Source of the DNA: an uncultured Desulfurococcales archaeon
Lineage (GTDB): Archaea; Thermoproteota; Thermoprotei_A; EX4484-217-1
Reading direction: 5' to 3'
Assembly: GCA_964406965.1 (NCBI GenBank)
Contig: CAYOTT010000002.1
Location: 72,712-136,711 of the forward strand
DNA length: 64,000 nucleotides
Positions 10,067 to 19,493 of the stretch are shown piece after piece. Numbering within the stretch: position 1 is the stretch's first letter; each line of letters starts with the position of its first letter. Made by a program: the position numbers and the translations under genes. The notes below the pieces were generated by a model. That model did no database searches. It was not told the origin of the DNA and saw only the letters and a list, made by a program, of their open reading frames with translations.

Positions 10067-10164
10067 GTTAGGTATTAAAGACTCATTTTTCCAAACATAA
10101 TCTTGTTTTACTTAAGAATATGATGCAACAATAACCTAATAGGTGGAATGGCGGAAAGTATTGC

Positions 10165-11217
10165 TTAAGTTAAAATTCTATAGCCAGATAGCTTATTGAT
10201 TAACTTATGGAATTCATGTGATTTTATTTCGTTAAGAAATGTTTTTAGAATCTTCTTTGTTTTTCTCTCTTTTAAAACTATAAAGTCATAGTTTTCCCAA
10301 GTGTAATGTATGTATTTTAGCTTATATGTTTCAGCAGCATATCTTAACATTAACCCTACTTCTGCTCTTCCTTCAGCTATTGCTTTAGCCGCTTCTAAAT
10401 GAGAAGAAACTTCGTTTTTATATCCTTTAATTTTTCTTTGTGCTTCAGAGAAGCTTATTCCGATGTTGCTACAGTACCTTCTTATAATGTAGTCTAGGTG
10501 TACTCTAGTTCCTGATCCCAAATTCCTATTTATCAGTACTAGCTTGCCGTTTATCAACATTTCAAGTATTTCTTCTATGTTGCTGAAGCTTAAGCTCGGA
10601 TGGTACGCAAAAACCTGTTCTCTAAGATACCCCTTAATTACTTCTACTTTATCTTCTAACCAGTAATTCTTTAGGAAAGGTTTATTGTATTGCCTTGATA
10701 CTGGATCGTAAAGATGTGTTGTTGCAATGTCCGCTTCATTCAGCATTAAAGCTGCTAATCCACCGCTGGAACCTATCCATGAGGTCTCTATGCTTGCCCT
10801 GTATTTTTTCTTGAAATATCCTATAAAGAGCTCCAATAATATGTCGTGACTGCCGACTATAAGTAGTTGAGGTTTTATTCTTGGTTTTTCAAGTATTTCA
10901 AACGTTAAATTAAGTTCCTTAAGTGTTTCTTCGTAAAGCTCTAAAAGTTTTTTACCATCCTCCGTAAGCCTTGTTCCTCCTCCTTTTAAACCGCCTCTTT
11001 TCTTTTCAACTATTTTTAAACCTAAAATTCTCTCCATTTTTGATAATTTCTCCCATGCTCTTGAATATGCTAATCCTAATGCTTTAGAAGCAAGATAGAT
11101 AGAATTATACTTGTCTATTAGCTTGAGCAGTTTAGCAGTTTCTGAGTCTAATATTTTAACACCGTCTACTTCAAATAATACTTCAACTCTTCTACGGATC
11201 CTCTTAATATCTAACAT
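10165..11217 (-). CDS. tungstate/molybdate-responsive transcriptional regulator: ModE-type N-terminal HTH fused to a TupA-like periplasmic-binding-protein-fold domain
   Basis: The N-terminal LKLIDKYNSIYLASKALGLAYSRAWEKLSKMERILG is the ModE/LysR-like HTH. The C-terminal half carries GSSGGLAALMLNEADIATTHL, which parallels GSGAALRKAELGDADLVLVHA of the adjacent TupA. The gene is divergently transcribed from tupABC. Confidence 0.6.
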   Translation of the reverse strand: MLDIKRIRRRVEVLFEVDGVKILDSETAKLLKLIDKYNSIYLASKALGLAYSRAWEKLSKMERILGLKIVEKKRGGLKGGGTRLTEDGKKLLELYEETLKELNLTFEILEKPRIKPQLLIVGSHDILLELFIGYFKKKYRASIETSWIGSSGGLAALMLNEADIATTHLYDPVSRQYNKPFLKNYWLEDKVEVIKGYLREQVFAYHPSLSFSNIEEILEMLINGKLVLINRNLGSGTRVHLDYIIRRYCSNIGISFSEAQRKIKGYKNEVSSHLEAAKAIAEGRAEVGLMLRYAAETYKLKYIHYTWENYDFIVLKERKTKKILKTFLNEIKSHEFHKLINKLSGYRILT

Positions 11218-11289
11218 GGCTTCTCCACAGTTCTTATTTCAGAATAAATATATAAGTGAGTATCCGTTATCCGAAAACGGGTAACGAAT

Positions 11290-12192
11290 GTGAGTTCAAA
11301 ATGGATCATAATCTTAATTTTAGCATTAATTACTGCCATCATACTGTTTAATATAGCATATATAACCTATATGAAAGGAAATGAGATAAAATTGAGAATT
11401 TCAACAACAACAAGCCTTTACGCTACAGGGTTACTTGATAAGCTTGCTGAAGAATTTTCTAAGAAACATCCGAACATTATAGTTCAGTTTATCGCTGTTG
11501 GTAGTGGTGCAGCACTTCGAAAAGCGGAACTCGGAGACGCAGATTTAGTATTAGTTCATGCACCTTCTTTAGAAAGGAAGTACTTAGAGAAAGAGGTGAT
11601 TTATGGTGGAAGAATTTTTGCATACAATTACTTCGTAATTGTAGGTCCTAAAGACGACTCAGCAAGGATTAAGAGTCTTGATCCCATATCTGCAATGAAG
11701 AAAATATATGAAGCAGGAGAGAGAGGTTTAACTAAGTTTATTTCTAGGGGGGATAATTCAGGAACTCATGTTAGGGAGCTTATGCTATGGAGTATAGCTG
11801 GCTTAAATCCTAAAGGCAAACCATGGTATGTTGAAACAGGCTCGGGAATGTCGGAAACCCTTATGGTTGCTAATGAGTACTCAGCATATACAATATCGGA
11901 TATTGGAACCTATCTTAAGTTTAGTAGTAAACTAAGCGAACTAACAGTTCTCGTAGATGAAGGCGACATTCTAGTAAACATTTACTCAGCATATCTTGTG
12001 AAAAACTCTCCTAATGAAAAATATGCTGAAATGTTTATGAACTTTCTAATTTCAAAAGAAGGCCAAGAAATAATAGGAAACTATGGAGTAAATGACTTTG
12101 GAAGATCCCTCTTCTATTCTGTTGAAAGCGCTGATATTAATAAGCTTTTAAGCTTATGGAACAAGCTTTCGGAGGAGAATGATGGGTCATGA
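11290..12192 (+). CDS. tupA: tungstate ABC transporter substrate-binding protein TupA
   Basis: N-terminal TM/signal anchor. The TTTS motif (ISTTTSLYATGLLD) and GSGAALRKAELGDADLVLVHAP are characteristic of TupA-type tungstate-binding proteins. It is followed by a permease and an ATPase. Confidence 0.7.
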   Translation: MSSKWIIILILALITAIILFNIAYITYMKGNEIKLRISTTTSLYATGLLDKLAEEFSKKHPNIIVQFIAVGSGAALRKAELGDADLVLVHAPSLERKYLEKEVIYGGRIFAYNYFVIVGPKDDSARIKSLDPISAMKKIYEAGERGLTKFISRGDNSGTHVRELMLWSIAGLNPKGKPWYVETGSGMSETLMVANEYSAYTISDIGTYLKFSSKLSELTVLVDEGDILVNIYSAYLVKNSPNEKYAEMFMNFLISKEGQEIIGNYGVNDFGRSLFYSVESADINKLLSLWNKLSEENDGS

Positions 12193-12845
12193 ATGAATTG
12201 GTTTACGAAATAATCACAATAGCTATTAGGTCTTTTTGGATATCAAGTTTAGCTATAGCATTAGCTACTACATGGTCTATTCCAATATCGATTCTTCTAA
12301 CAGTTCTTAAAAATAGGGTCACAGTTTTCCTACAGGACCTTTTTAACGCATTAATCTCTTTACCTACAGTTGTTTTAGGCTTATTTCTTTACTTAATACT
12401 ATCAAAATCAGGTCCATTAAGTTTCTTAGGAATCCTTTATACTCCATTAGCTATATCGATAGGTCAGTCAATACTTATAACGCCAATTTTGGTTTCAATG
12501 GTAACTTCGAGTTTTCAAAGTTTAAAAGAGGAGGTTTGGGAAACTGCTTTAACACTAGGTGCCTCTGAAATTCAAGCATCACTAGCTCTTATAAGAGAAG
12601 GACTACCCTTACTTATTAGAGCAGTGCTTGCAGGGTTTAATAGAGCATTAGGGGAGCTAGGTGTCGCATTAATAGTTGGAGGAAACATTAAAGGATACAC
12701 TAGGGTTATGACAACAACCATTGCTTTAGAATTAGCTAAAGGAAATTTCGAATTAGCAATATACTTAGGAGTATTATTACTTATCTCCTCAACTGCAATA
12801 ACTATCGCTATAAGAAGCATAGGGGTTAGAGGTGTTTACAAGTAG
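12189..12845 (+). CDS. tupB: tungstate ABC transporter permease TupB
   Basis: 218-aa polytopic membrane protein. ATGA start overlap with tupA. Contains an ABC permease EAA-like loop (ALTLGASEIQASLALIREGLP). Confidence 0.7.
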   Translation: MNELVYEIITIAIRSFWISSLAIALATTWSIPISILLTVLKNRVTVFLQDLFNALISLPTVVLGLFLYLILSKSGPLSFLGILYTPLAISIGQSILITPILVSMVTSSFQSLKEEVWETALTLGASEIQASLALIREGLPLLIRAVLAGFNRALGELGVALIVGGNIKGYTRVMTTTIALELAKGNFELAIYLGVLLLISSTAITIAIRSIGVRGVYK

Positions 12846-13499
12846 ATGATGAAGCTTGAAAACATATGGTTTAGTTATGAAAGTAAACATTATGTTCTTA
12901 AAAATATAAACCTAGAAATAAGCAGGAAGATAACTTTAGTTAAAGGACCGAATGGGTCTGGGAAAACAACTCTTCTTAAAATAGCTTCATTACTTCTAAG
13001 ACCCGAGAAAGGAAGGGTTATAGTTGATGGTATAAGTTACTGGGAAGCAAATAGGAAAACAAGAGAGTTTCTAAGGAAGAAAATAGTCTATGTTCATGAG
13101 AGACCATATCTTTTCAAAGGAACCGTTTTTGAAAATCTTACATACCCTCTAAAAATTAGAGGTAAGAGTGTAAAGCATGTTTATGAAATAGCTAAAAAAT
13201 TTAGAATACTAGATATTCTTGAAACCGATGTAAGTAAGCTTTCAGCAGGAATGAAACAGTTAACCGCTTTAGCGAGAGCCTTTGTTTTCAAACCCAAATA
13301 TGTCCTTCTTGACGAGCCCTTAGCTAATCTTGACGATAAAAATAGAGGTGAAGTTATTAAGTTAATAGAGGAATATGCTAAAGAAGGAATATCAATAATT
13401 ATAGCAGTTCATGGTAACGTAAGTTTTAGCAAGGATGCTGTAGCAAAAATAGTTTACTTAAACGATGGAGTAATAACCAAAATAGTTCAATACAGTTAA
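12846..13499 (+). CDS. tupC: tungstate ABC transporter ATP-binding protein TupC
   Basis: Walker A GPNGSGKTTLL, ABC signature LSAGMKQ, Walker B VLLDEPLANLD. Confidence 0.75.
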   Translation: MMKLENIWFSYESKHYVLKNINLEISRKITLVKGPNGSGKTTLLKIASLLLRPEKGRVIVDGISYWEANRKTREFLRKKIVYVHERPYLFKGTVFENLTYPLKIRGKSVKHVYEIAKKFRILDILETDVSKLSAGMKQLTALARAFVFKPKYVLLDEPLANLDDKNRGEVIKLIEEYAKEGISIIIAVHGNVSFSKDAVAKIVYLNDGVITKIVQYS

Positions 13500-13530
13500 T
13501 GCTTAAAAATAATACTGAGGAAAAGAAGGC

Positions 13531-13917
13531 ATGTCTTTTGAAGAAGCCGAAATTCTAAAGGAAAGAGCTGAAGCGTTCTTACGTAATGCTAAAAGACTTA
13601 TTGAGGAAAAGGAATGGGACTTAGCAATGTTTAATCTTGAACAGTATTCTCAGCTAATTCTTAAGTATAAGTTGCTTGTTAAATACGGTACATACCCTAG
13701 AACACACTCCATTAGAAGACTTCTTATAGAACTAGGTAAAGACAATAAGGAAATACTAAAGCTTCTCGAAGATGAAGTAAGTTTACTCTACATTACAAAG
13801 CTTGAAGACGCATACATAGCCTCCAGATACTTACCTAGAAGGTACGATGAAAGAGAAGTCAAACTAACTTATAAGTTTATTATTGAGGTGTTTAAGAACG
13901 TTGTTGAGAAAATATAG
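13531..13917 (+). CDS. HEPN domain protein (cognate partner of a minimal nucleotidyltransferase)
   Basis: All-helical 128-aa protein with an Rx4-6H-like motif (PRTHSIRRL) typical of HEPN. It overlaps the downstream MNT gene by 35 nt. Confidence 0.65.
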   Translation: MSFEEAEILKERAEAFLRNAKRLIEEKEWDLAMFNLEQYSQLILKYKLLVKYGTYPRTHSIRRLLIELGKDNKEILKLLEDEVSLLYITKLEDAYIASRYLPRRYDEREVKLTYKFIIEVFKNVVEKI

Positions 13918-14215
13918 TAACATGCTAGATTATTTAAGAAACTATATTGAGATAGCTAAAGCGGTCAAAAAAATAGTTATACATTATGATAGCGAAGCCA
14001 AAGTTTATGTTTTTGGATCCGTTGTTAAAGGGCAATATACTGGAGCTAGCGACATAGACATTCTCATAATTTCTGAAAAGAGAGATTTAGAATACAAGAT
14101 TAAGGTTGAGATTTATCGAAAGTTTCCTGAAGCTCCTTTAGAAATACACTTTACATCTAAAGAAGGCTTTAGAAAATGGTATAGTAAATTTATAGATTCC
14201 ATGATAAAAGTTTAA
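13883..14215 (+). CDS. minimal nucleotidyltransferase (MNT, Pol-beta superfamily)
   Basis: GS...D.D motif in VFGSVVKGQYTGASDIDILI. Confidence 0.75.
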   Translation: MRCLRTLLRKYSNMLDYLRNYIEIAKAVKKIVIHYDSEAKVYVFGSVVKGQYTGASDIDILIISEKRDLEYKIKVEIYRKFPEAPLEIHFTSKEGFRKWYSKFIDSMIKV

Positions 14216-14224
14216 CTTTAAAGG

Positions 14225-15304
14225 CTATAGTTTAACGTATTTAAGAACGCTCCTTATAGACTTCCTTTTCAACAGCTTTGCTAAATCATTTAAGCTAATT
14301 TTGCCTTTATGCTCTCTAATTTCAACTATTTTCCTAGCTGTTGATGGCCCTATGCCCGGTATCTTAATGATTTCGCTGTATTCTGCATTATTTAGATCTA
14401 TAGGGTAAAGGTGGGGATTTAAATTAGCGAAGGCTAATTTAGGATCTATACTTAAGGGTAGCATACCATTGTGGTTAACTATTGTTTCTATTTCCTCCGA
14501 TGTGAAACCATAGTCTCTTATAAGAAATGATGCTTGATATAATCTTTGCACTCTAACCAGTGTGCATGGAGGCTTATTTTCGAAAGGCGTATCTGGAATA
14601 GGTTCAAAAGGACTATAGTATACTCTTTTCAAACCTAGTTTTCTGTAAAGATAGTATGTAAGTTTCAAGTGTTCTATATCGGATTCCCCAACAACACCAA
14701 CCATTACTTGGGTATCGATTCCAGCTCTTAAGTATCCGACTTTTTGATTAAGCTTTTCCCTTTGCTTTTTGACTATTCTTTGTGCTCTACTTATCCACTC
14801 TATTCTCTTTAAAACATCGTTAGTGTAATCGCCTTTATCAGGTGCTATTTCTACAAAATAACTCTTAGATACAGTTTCCAAATTAACACCTATTCTATCG
14901 GCTACTACAGCTGCTCTCCAAACAAGATCCTTCGGAACACCCGGCATTAATCTGAGATGAATATATCCTTTAAAACCTCTTTTACGTAGTTCCTCAGCGA
15001 TTTCAACTTGTTTCTCAACGGTTGTCTCTGGGTCTCTAAGTATGCCGCTACTTAGAAAAATACCTTTAATTACACCTTTCCTCCATAAATAGAGCGTAAC
15101 TCTAACTAACTCATTAGTTTTCCAAATTTCTCTCTCTATTTTTCTACCTCTTCTAAAAGCACAGTACTTACATTCGTATGGGCAAGCATTCGCAAGTAGC
15201 GTTTTTAGAAGAGGCGCTTTTCTTCCCTTAGCTGAAGCCTCATATATTGGAACCCTTATTTTATCCCATTTAGCTGAAAGCGTGAGTATTCTCCATTTAC
15301 TCAT
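14225..15304 (-). CDS. putative DNA modification/repair radical SAM protein with C-terminal helix-hairpin-helix
   Basis: Radical-SAM CxxxCxxC (CPYECKYC). The YQASFLIRDYGF block and the C-terminal HhH (IKIPGIGPSTARKIVEIRE) match the family that is usually paired with a UDG-like protein. Confidence 0.65.
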   Translation of the reverse strand: MSKWRILTLSAKWDKIRVPIYEASAKGRKAPLLKTLLANACPYECKYCAFRRGRKIEREIWKTNELVRVTLYLWRKGVIKGIFLSSGILRDPETTVEKQVEIAEELRKRGFKGYIHLRLMPGVPKDLVWRAAVVADRIGVNLETVSKSYFVEIAPDKGDYTNDVLKRIEWISRAQRIVKKQREKLNQKVGYLRAGIDTQVMVGVVGESDIEHLKLTYYLYRKLGLKRVYYSPFEPIPDTPFENKPPCTLVRVQRLYQASFLIRDYGFTSEEIETIVNHNGMLPLSIDPKLAFANLNPHLYPIDLNNAEYSEIIKIPGIGPSTARKIVEIREHKGKISLNDLAKLLKRKSIRSVLKYVKL

Positions 15305-15311
15305 AGCTTAT

Positions 15312-16772
15312 CTAAACCCTAACTTTAACTAATTTCTTTAAAACCTTCCATTTAGGAATGTAGTTCTTAAAAGTTATTTTGGGTTTTTCTTCAATAAATA
15401 ATTTCTCTAAGATCTCTATACCGTCAGTTATGTTAGATAGAGGTACATTCATTAAACACATAATTAAAGGAGTTACTACATAGTTTGATATTTCAATATG
15501 GTCTAAAAGTTTTAAACTACTGGTTTTTACAGTAAATACTCCGTCGGGATGGTGATCCTTAAATAATCCTTCCTCATAAATTACGCCTTTAACCTTATTA
15601 TCAGCTTGTAAGTATCCTCCTTCAAACCATGGCCTAATAATTATGTGGGGCGCCCTCTTAACATAGGGTCCCCAATAAACTTCGTCCCTTCTCTTAGCCC
15701 ACAATATTCCTTTAACACTATTTAATAGTTCAAGTATTTTAGGTAATGCATTAAAGTCGTTGACATGTACCCCTAGATTCCATTTTGAAATGTAGAAAGC
15801 TTTCGATGAGAATTTATCAACAAATGTCCTATTAACTTCCAAGTGCTTACCTGCAAATTCAGCCTTAACTTCTCTATACTCTTTTAACGCAGCCTCTTTT
15901 CTCCTTCCTATTATTTTCAATAACCCCTTCTTCGCTAATATATCGTTTATTCTAATGAGGGTTTTATAATATGAAAATCCATGATCGGAAATTAGCGAAA
16001 TAATGTCTGACATTTGCGATAGTGTCTTAATTATTTTATCGACTTTACTAAAAACCTTAGCTTCCAAAGTTAAAGTTTTTGAGAAAACATAGTGCCCGCA
16101 TTTGTGAAGAATGATGTCAGGTATTGGGAGGTTTATCCAGAAAAGACTCCACTCATCATAAACTAGTTTTTCGACAATCTCATTAAGTAAGCTTAAGTAC
16201 TCATCATAGTAGTTTAGTGTTTCACTACAGCTTCTTAAAGGTTCTACTCGAATGATTTTAGCTAAAATATTAGCGTATTTTTCCATGCTTTTAGGGCTAA
16301 ATTGAGGTTTAGGTATGAGTATGGTGTGACTTAAAATTTTAGCTCCTTTAGCCGGAATTATTGGGTATCCCGGTATAGGGTTGATGACAATCGACTTAAA
16401 ATTCAGCATTGAAAGCATTTCATGAATTCTCGGGTGCTCTAAATTCATTGCAGTATAAAGTTTCTGCTCTAAAGAATCGTAAACTATGTAGTCAAAGCCG
16501 AAAATACCGTGCTTTCCGGGATTAACACCTGTTAAAATACTACTCCATGAAGGGGGAGTTGTTGGAGGAAAACATTTGAGAACATATTTGTAGCTCTTAC
16601 TAATAACTGCTTTAATATGGGGAATTACTCCTTTATCCATGAGCTTGCTAAGATAGGGCCATGAAAGAGCATCTAACCCTACAACTGAAACTTTAACTTC
16701 TTCCTTAATCATATTGTTCATCATTCTTAAACTGGTCTTCCTAAAATTAAGCATTTTATTATTTAAACTCAA
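15312..16772 (-). CDS. alkaline-phosphatase-superfamily protein (type I phosphodiesterase/nucleotide pyrophosphatase family)
   Basis: N-terminal metal-ligand region VGLDALSW, then TTPPSWSSILTGVNPGKHGIFGF typical of Pfam Phosphodiest proteins. It sits 7 nt upstream of the radical SAM gene on the same strand. Confidence 0.65.
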   Translation of the reverse strand: MSLNNKMLNFRKTSLRMMNNMIKEEVKVSVVGLDALSWPYLSKLMDKGVIPHIKAVISKSYKYVLKCFPPTTPPSWSSILTGVNPGKHGIFGFDYIVYDSLEQKLYTAMNLEHPRIHEMLSMLNFKSIVINPIPGYPIIPAKGAKILSHTILIPKPQFSPKSMEKYANILAKIIRVEPLRSCSETLNYYDEYLSLLNEIVEKLVYDEWSLFWINLPIPDIILHKCGHYVFSKTLTLEAKVFSKVDKIIKTLSQMSDIISLISDHGFSYYKTLIRINDILAKKGLLKIIGRRKEAALKEYREVKAEFAGKHLEVNRTFVDKFSSKAFYISKWNLGVHVNDFNALPKILELLNSVKGILWAKRRDEVYWGPYVKRAPHIIIRPWFEGGYLQADNKVKGVIYEEGLFKDHHPDGVFTVKTSSLKLLDHIEISNYVVTPLIMCLMNVPLSNITDGIEILEKLFIEEKPKITFKNYIPKWKVLKKLVKVRV

Positions 16773-16805
16773 ATAGCTTAAAGTTATATTTGAGGTGTAG
16801 GTTTC

Positions 16806-18146
16806 ATGCCCGTTAGTATAGAAAGCAGACTTGTTAACGTAGGGCTAATAATATTATTGCTTATAGTTGCCTCTACATGTATTTCAACATGTTTTCCTTT
16901 AAGGGAAATTGGTATGAAGGAAGCGAAGAAAATAGAATATTCCTCACTAATTTACCGCATTGAGGAGCCGATGACACTACTTCTTAAAGGAGGACCCTAT
17001 TTTAACAATTCTAAATATTTACTTTACGATGGAGGAGACGTAATTGTTGATGTAATATATTGTGAAGAAAAATATTGTATAGTTAACATGCTTCTTAAAA
17101 CGAATTCTTTGAACGAAAACAAAGACTTAGTGTTTCATAGGATTCTTAAGCTATTTCTTAGTAACTATACAGTATACACTATTAATGGTGAATTCGTTGG
17201 TAAATGGATTTATAATGTAGAATCATTATCATCGAATATCGTTAATTCAAAATTTAAGATAATACAGAATTGTCTAGCTTTATCACTGAATTATCCAAGT
17301 ATAGGTAATGTTAGCGGTAATTGCTTAATAAGGGACAATACTTTAAGAGTTATTCCATCACAACCCATCAACATTGGGACTGAAGAGAGGAAAGTTTTAC
17401 TTGAAATGGAATGTGCTTATGATTTAAACACTACTCTTCTAAAGGAAGTCTACTTAGGCTTCTTTGACGATGTATTATCAAATGTTTTCAAAATATTATA
17501 CATAGACTTTTCGAAAATGTTTCTTAGAGGTTATAGTGAAGCCTCATTTTCGAGTATAAATGTAAATTTAGACTCTAACTATTTTAAGATATTAAGAGCA
17601 TACGTTACACTCACTCCAGAGCTTTATTTAGAATACGAATCTAAAATTACAGGGAAAATTGTCCTTGAAAGTAGCGATATGGTCTTTGAAGGTAATATAA
17701 GGAAAGGGCTAAACTACATATTATTACCCCTTGGAAACACCTTTGAAACACCAAAACATACAGAGTACACGTTAATACTAAAGGACGATAACGGAAGGGT
17801 TTTAGCTAAAACGATCTTAAACCTTAAGAAGCCAAGGCTTATCTTAGAGGAAGCTAAGGCAATTGTAGACCATAGAGGAAAAGACTCTGCCAGAAAAATT
17901 GTTTTAAAAATAATTAATGAAGGTAATGTACCGACTTATATAGCTGAAATATTCATTAAGATAAATGAACTATATGAGATAAGGTTGGATGGTTACAAAA
18001 TACCTATAAAACCTAAATCTACAATGTATTTAACAACAAATTTGCCTGAAAAACTCTTTGTTGAGGAATTCAAAAAATTGGAAATAGCGTTACTTAACGA
18101 CTTAAAAGAACAAGTCATAAGAAAAGAGATAAGCAGCGAAATGTAG
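16806..18146 (+). CDS. hypothetical secreted/membrane-anchored protein, rich in N-glycosylation sequons
   Basis: N-terminal hydrophobic anchor (VGLIILLLIVASTCISTCF). Many NxS/T sequons. No recognisable catalytic motif. Confidence 0.45.
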   Translation: MPVSIESRLVNVGLIILLLIVASTCISTCFPLREIGMKEAKKIEYSSLIYRIEEPMTLLLKGGPYFNNSKYLLYDGGDVIVDVIYCEEKYCIVNMLLKTNSLNENKDLVFHRILKLFLSNYTVYTINGEFVGKWIYNVESLSSNIVNSKFKIIQNCLALSLNYPSIGNVSGNCLIRDNTLRVIPSQPINIGTEERKVLLEMECAYDLNTTLLKEVYLGFFDDVLSNVFKILYIDFSKMFLRGYSEASFSSINVNLDSNYFKILRAYVTLTPELYLEYESKITGKIVLESSDMVFEGNIRKGLNYILLPLGNTFETPKHTEYTLILKDDNGRVLAKTILNLKKPRLILEEAKAIVDHRGKDSARKIVLKIINEGNVPTYIAEIFIKINELYEIRLDGYKIPIKPKSTMYLTTNLPEKLFVEEFKKLEIALLNDLKEQVIRKEISSEM

Positions 18147-18189
18147 CTTCCCTAATGAGGAAGCAACAGTAACTATATGGCTGTTTAAG

Positions 18190-19440
18190 ATGATTGAAAT
18201 TAAAGAATATGATAGTTTCAAAAAGGCATTATCAATAATTAGTAGTTCAGAAATAATTGTAGGTATTCCTTCAAGAAATTCTGCTCACACAATAGGTTAT
18301 GTTTTGAAGAATGTGACCGACGGTTTAACGAAATATTTTAGAGGGAAAAAAGCATCAATCATAGTTTGTGATGGTTTTTCAAGAGATGGAACAGCTGAGG
18401 TAGTTAACGTTTTCAGAAAACATCTTCCAGTGCCTATAACTATTGTTCCTAATGTAAAATCTTCTGGGAAAGGTGGTGCCGTAAGGACAATTATTGAAAA
18501 TGCATCTGAATCTAGAAATTTGGAAGCCCTGGTTTTGGTTGATAGTGATTTAAGATCTATAACTCCTGAGTGGATTTCCCTCCTAACTTATGGAGCTATG
18601 AAATGCGGTTTTGCAGCACCATATTATAGAAGACACAAATACGATGGTACAATAACTAATTTCATTGCTAGACCATTAACTACTATGGCTTACGGAATAG
18701 ACCTTAACCAGCCAATAGGTGGAGATTTTGGACTAAGCAGTAGGCTTGTGAGAATATTGAAGGAAACAGGTTTCTGGAAGTTTAATCCATGGGTTATGCT
18801 TTTCGGAATAGATGCTTTCATAACACATACTGCTTTAGCAAATAACATTAGTGTTTGTGAAGTTGATTTAGGAGTAAAAATTCATGAACCAAAAGATCCA
18901 GCTTCAGGTTTAAAGAATATGTTTGTAGAGGTTTTAGGAACAATATTTCACTTGCTAATAAAATATAGGAAATCATGGTCTGTGAAGGTAATTAGAGAAA
19001 TTAAAGAACCTTTAAAAATAAAGAAGTATAAAATCCCTACTATGCACCCATGGGAAGTTATTGTTTCTAAAGATAAAGCTTACGAAGAATTTAATCATGG
19101 TCTCTCAGAATATAGGGAATATTACGGTAAAATATTTAGCAGAAGAACACTTAGCATGCTATATTCGAACATAACAGTTAAGCGTGGGTTGTCTAGAAGT
19201 CTTTGGGCAAAAGTCGTTTATGAAGCTTTTACAAAGTACTTTAAAACAGATAATATTGGTGAAAAAGAGAGATTATTAAGTTCATTATTCAGTTTATGGC
19301 AAGGTAGACTCTACAGCTACTACAATGAAACATGGGGTTTAAGTTTAGAAGAAGCACTTAAAGAAGTAACTATGCAAATTAAGGAGTTTATTAGGTTAAG
19401 GAATAAATTCCTTGCAGCAGTAAATTATGGCCACTTCTGA
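18190..19440 (+). CDS. retaining GT-A glycosyltransferase, glucosyl-3-phosphoglycerate synthase-like (GT81 family) with about 100-aa C-terminal extension
   Basis: Blocks IVGIPSRNSA, LVDSDL (DxD), YRRHKYDG, ARPL, QPIGGDFG and VDLGVKIHEP parallel, as I recall it, mycobacterial GpgS (VDSDL, YRRPL, ARPL, QPLGGE, VNLGVRAH). Confidence 0.5.
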   Translation: MIEIKEYDSFKKALSIISSSEIIVGIPSRNSAHTIGYVLKNVTDGLTKYFRGKKASIIVCDGFSRDGTAEVVNVFRKHLPVPITIVPNVKSSGKGGAVRTIIENASESRNLEALVLVDSDLRSITPEWISLLTYGAMKCGFAAPYYRRHKYDGTITNFIARPLTTMAYGIDLNQPIGGDFGLSSRLVRILKETGFWKFNPWVMLFGIDAFITHTALANNISVCEVDLGVKIHEPKDPASGLKNMFVEVLGTIFHLLIKYRKSWSVKVIREIKEPLKIKKYKIPTMHPWEVIVSKDKAYEEFNHGLSEYREYYGKIFSRRTLSMLYSNITVKRGLSRSLWAKVVYEAFTKYFKTDNIGEKERLLSSLFSLWQGRLYSYYNETWGLSLEEALKEVTMQIKEFIRLRNKFLAAVNYGHF

Positions 19441-19493
19441 ATGTTTACACTAAATAGGGTGGTCAAATAATTACTATAAGTGGTGTTTGAGAA

